NCBI GenBank assembly: GCA_002269645.1
Contig: NIVC01002541.1
Coordinates: 151,431-215,430, forward strand
DNA from: Macrostomum lignano
Taxonomy: Eukaryota
Length of the DNA stretch: 64,000 nt
Reading direction: 5' to 3'
A program made the translations under genes and the position numbers. The notes beneath the pieces were generated by a model. It was not told where the DNA came from. It ran no database searches and saw only the letters and a program-made list of their open reading frames with translations. Shown here piece by piece: positions 63,240 through 64,000 of the stretch (positions within the stretch are counted from its first letter, which is position 1; each line of letters opens with the position of its first letter).

Positions 63240-64000
63240 AAAAGAGAAAGGTAGAAGGAGCCACATAACGACACGAGAGAGAAGTGTAGTGGACCCCTGA
63301 AGGATACGGGAGAGAAGGGTAGTGGACCCCTGAAGGATACGAGAGAGAGAAGAGTAGTGGACCCTTGAAAGACACGAGAGAGAAGGCTAGTGGACCCCTG
63401 AAGGACACGGGAGAGAAGGGTAGTGGACCCCTGAAGGATACGAGAGAGAGAAGAGTAGTGGACCCTTGAAAGACACGAGAGAGAAGTGTAGTGGACCCCT
63501 GAAGGACACGGGAGAGAAGGGTAGTGGACCCCTGAAGGATACGAGAGAGAGAAGAGTAGTGGACCCTTGAAAGACACGAGAGAAGGCTAGTGGACCCCTG
63601 AAGGACACGGGAGAGAAGGGTAGTGGACCCCTGAAGGATACGAGAGAGAGAAGAGTAGTGGACCTTGAAAGACACGAGAGAGAAGGCTAGTGACCCCTGA
63701 GGGACACGGAGAGAAGGGTAGTGGACCCCTGAAGGACACGGGAGAGAAGGCTAGTGGACCCCTGAAGGACACGGGAGAGAAGGTAGTGGACCCTGAAGGA
63801 CACAAAGAGAAGGGTAGTGGACCCCTGAGGACACGGGAGAGAAGGCTAGTGGACCCCTGAAGGACACGGGAGAGAAGGGTAGTGGACCCTGAAGGACACG
63901 AGAGAGAAGGGTAGTGGACCCCTGAAAGACACGAGAGAGAAGGTTGTGGACCCTGAAGACACGGAGAGAAGGGTAGTGGACCCCTGAAGGACACGGAGAG
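63240..64000. repeat. ~33-38-bp minisatellite (GTAGTGGACCCCTGAAGGACACGGGAGAGAAGG core)
   Basis: Direct reading; runs off the window end. Confidence 0.95.

Overview
Eukaryotic (metazoan) genomic DNA with canonical GT-AG introns. The GC-rich exons, GACA microsatellites and minisatellite-filled introns resemble a flatworm such as Macrostomum; this is inference and the organism cannot be proven from the sequence. Five consecutive minus-strand genes were assembled by hand with phase-consistent exons. From right to left they are: a USP4/11/15-like deubiquitinase that has lost its catalytic Cys and His (probable pseudo-DUB), a PNPLA6/7 (NTE/swiss cheese) phospholipase, a PRELID1-like gene, PGAM5, and the 5' part (myristoylation signal, SH3, start of SH2) of a Src-family gene. 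One plus-strand FARP-like FERM gene starts at 51028 and runs out of the window. Mobile DNA includes a young 5'-truncated RT+RNase H LINE inserted into a tRNA-derived SINE, a second SINE copy, a Penelope-like GIY-YIG fragment with a hammerhead-like core, a solo LTR, a 1.4-kb foldback element with TTAA duplication, a ~6-kb Mutator-like TIR element and several MITEs. About one third of the window (hand estimate) is tandem repeat, with a different minisatellite in most of the longer introns. Most ORFs in the supplied track are repeat artefacts. All calls come from manual translation and motif recognition; no searches were run.
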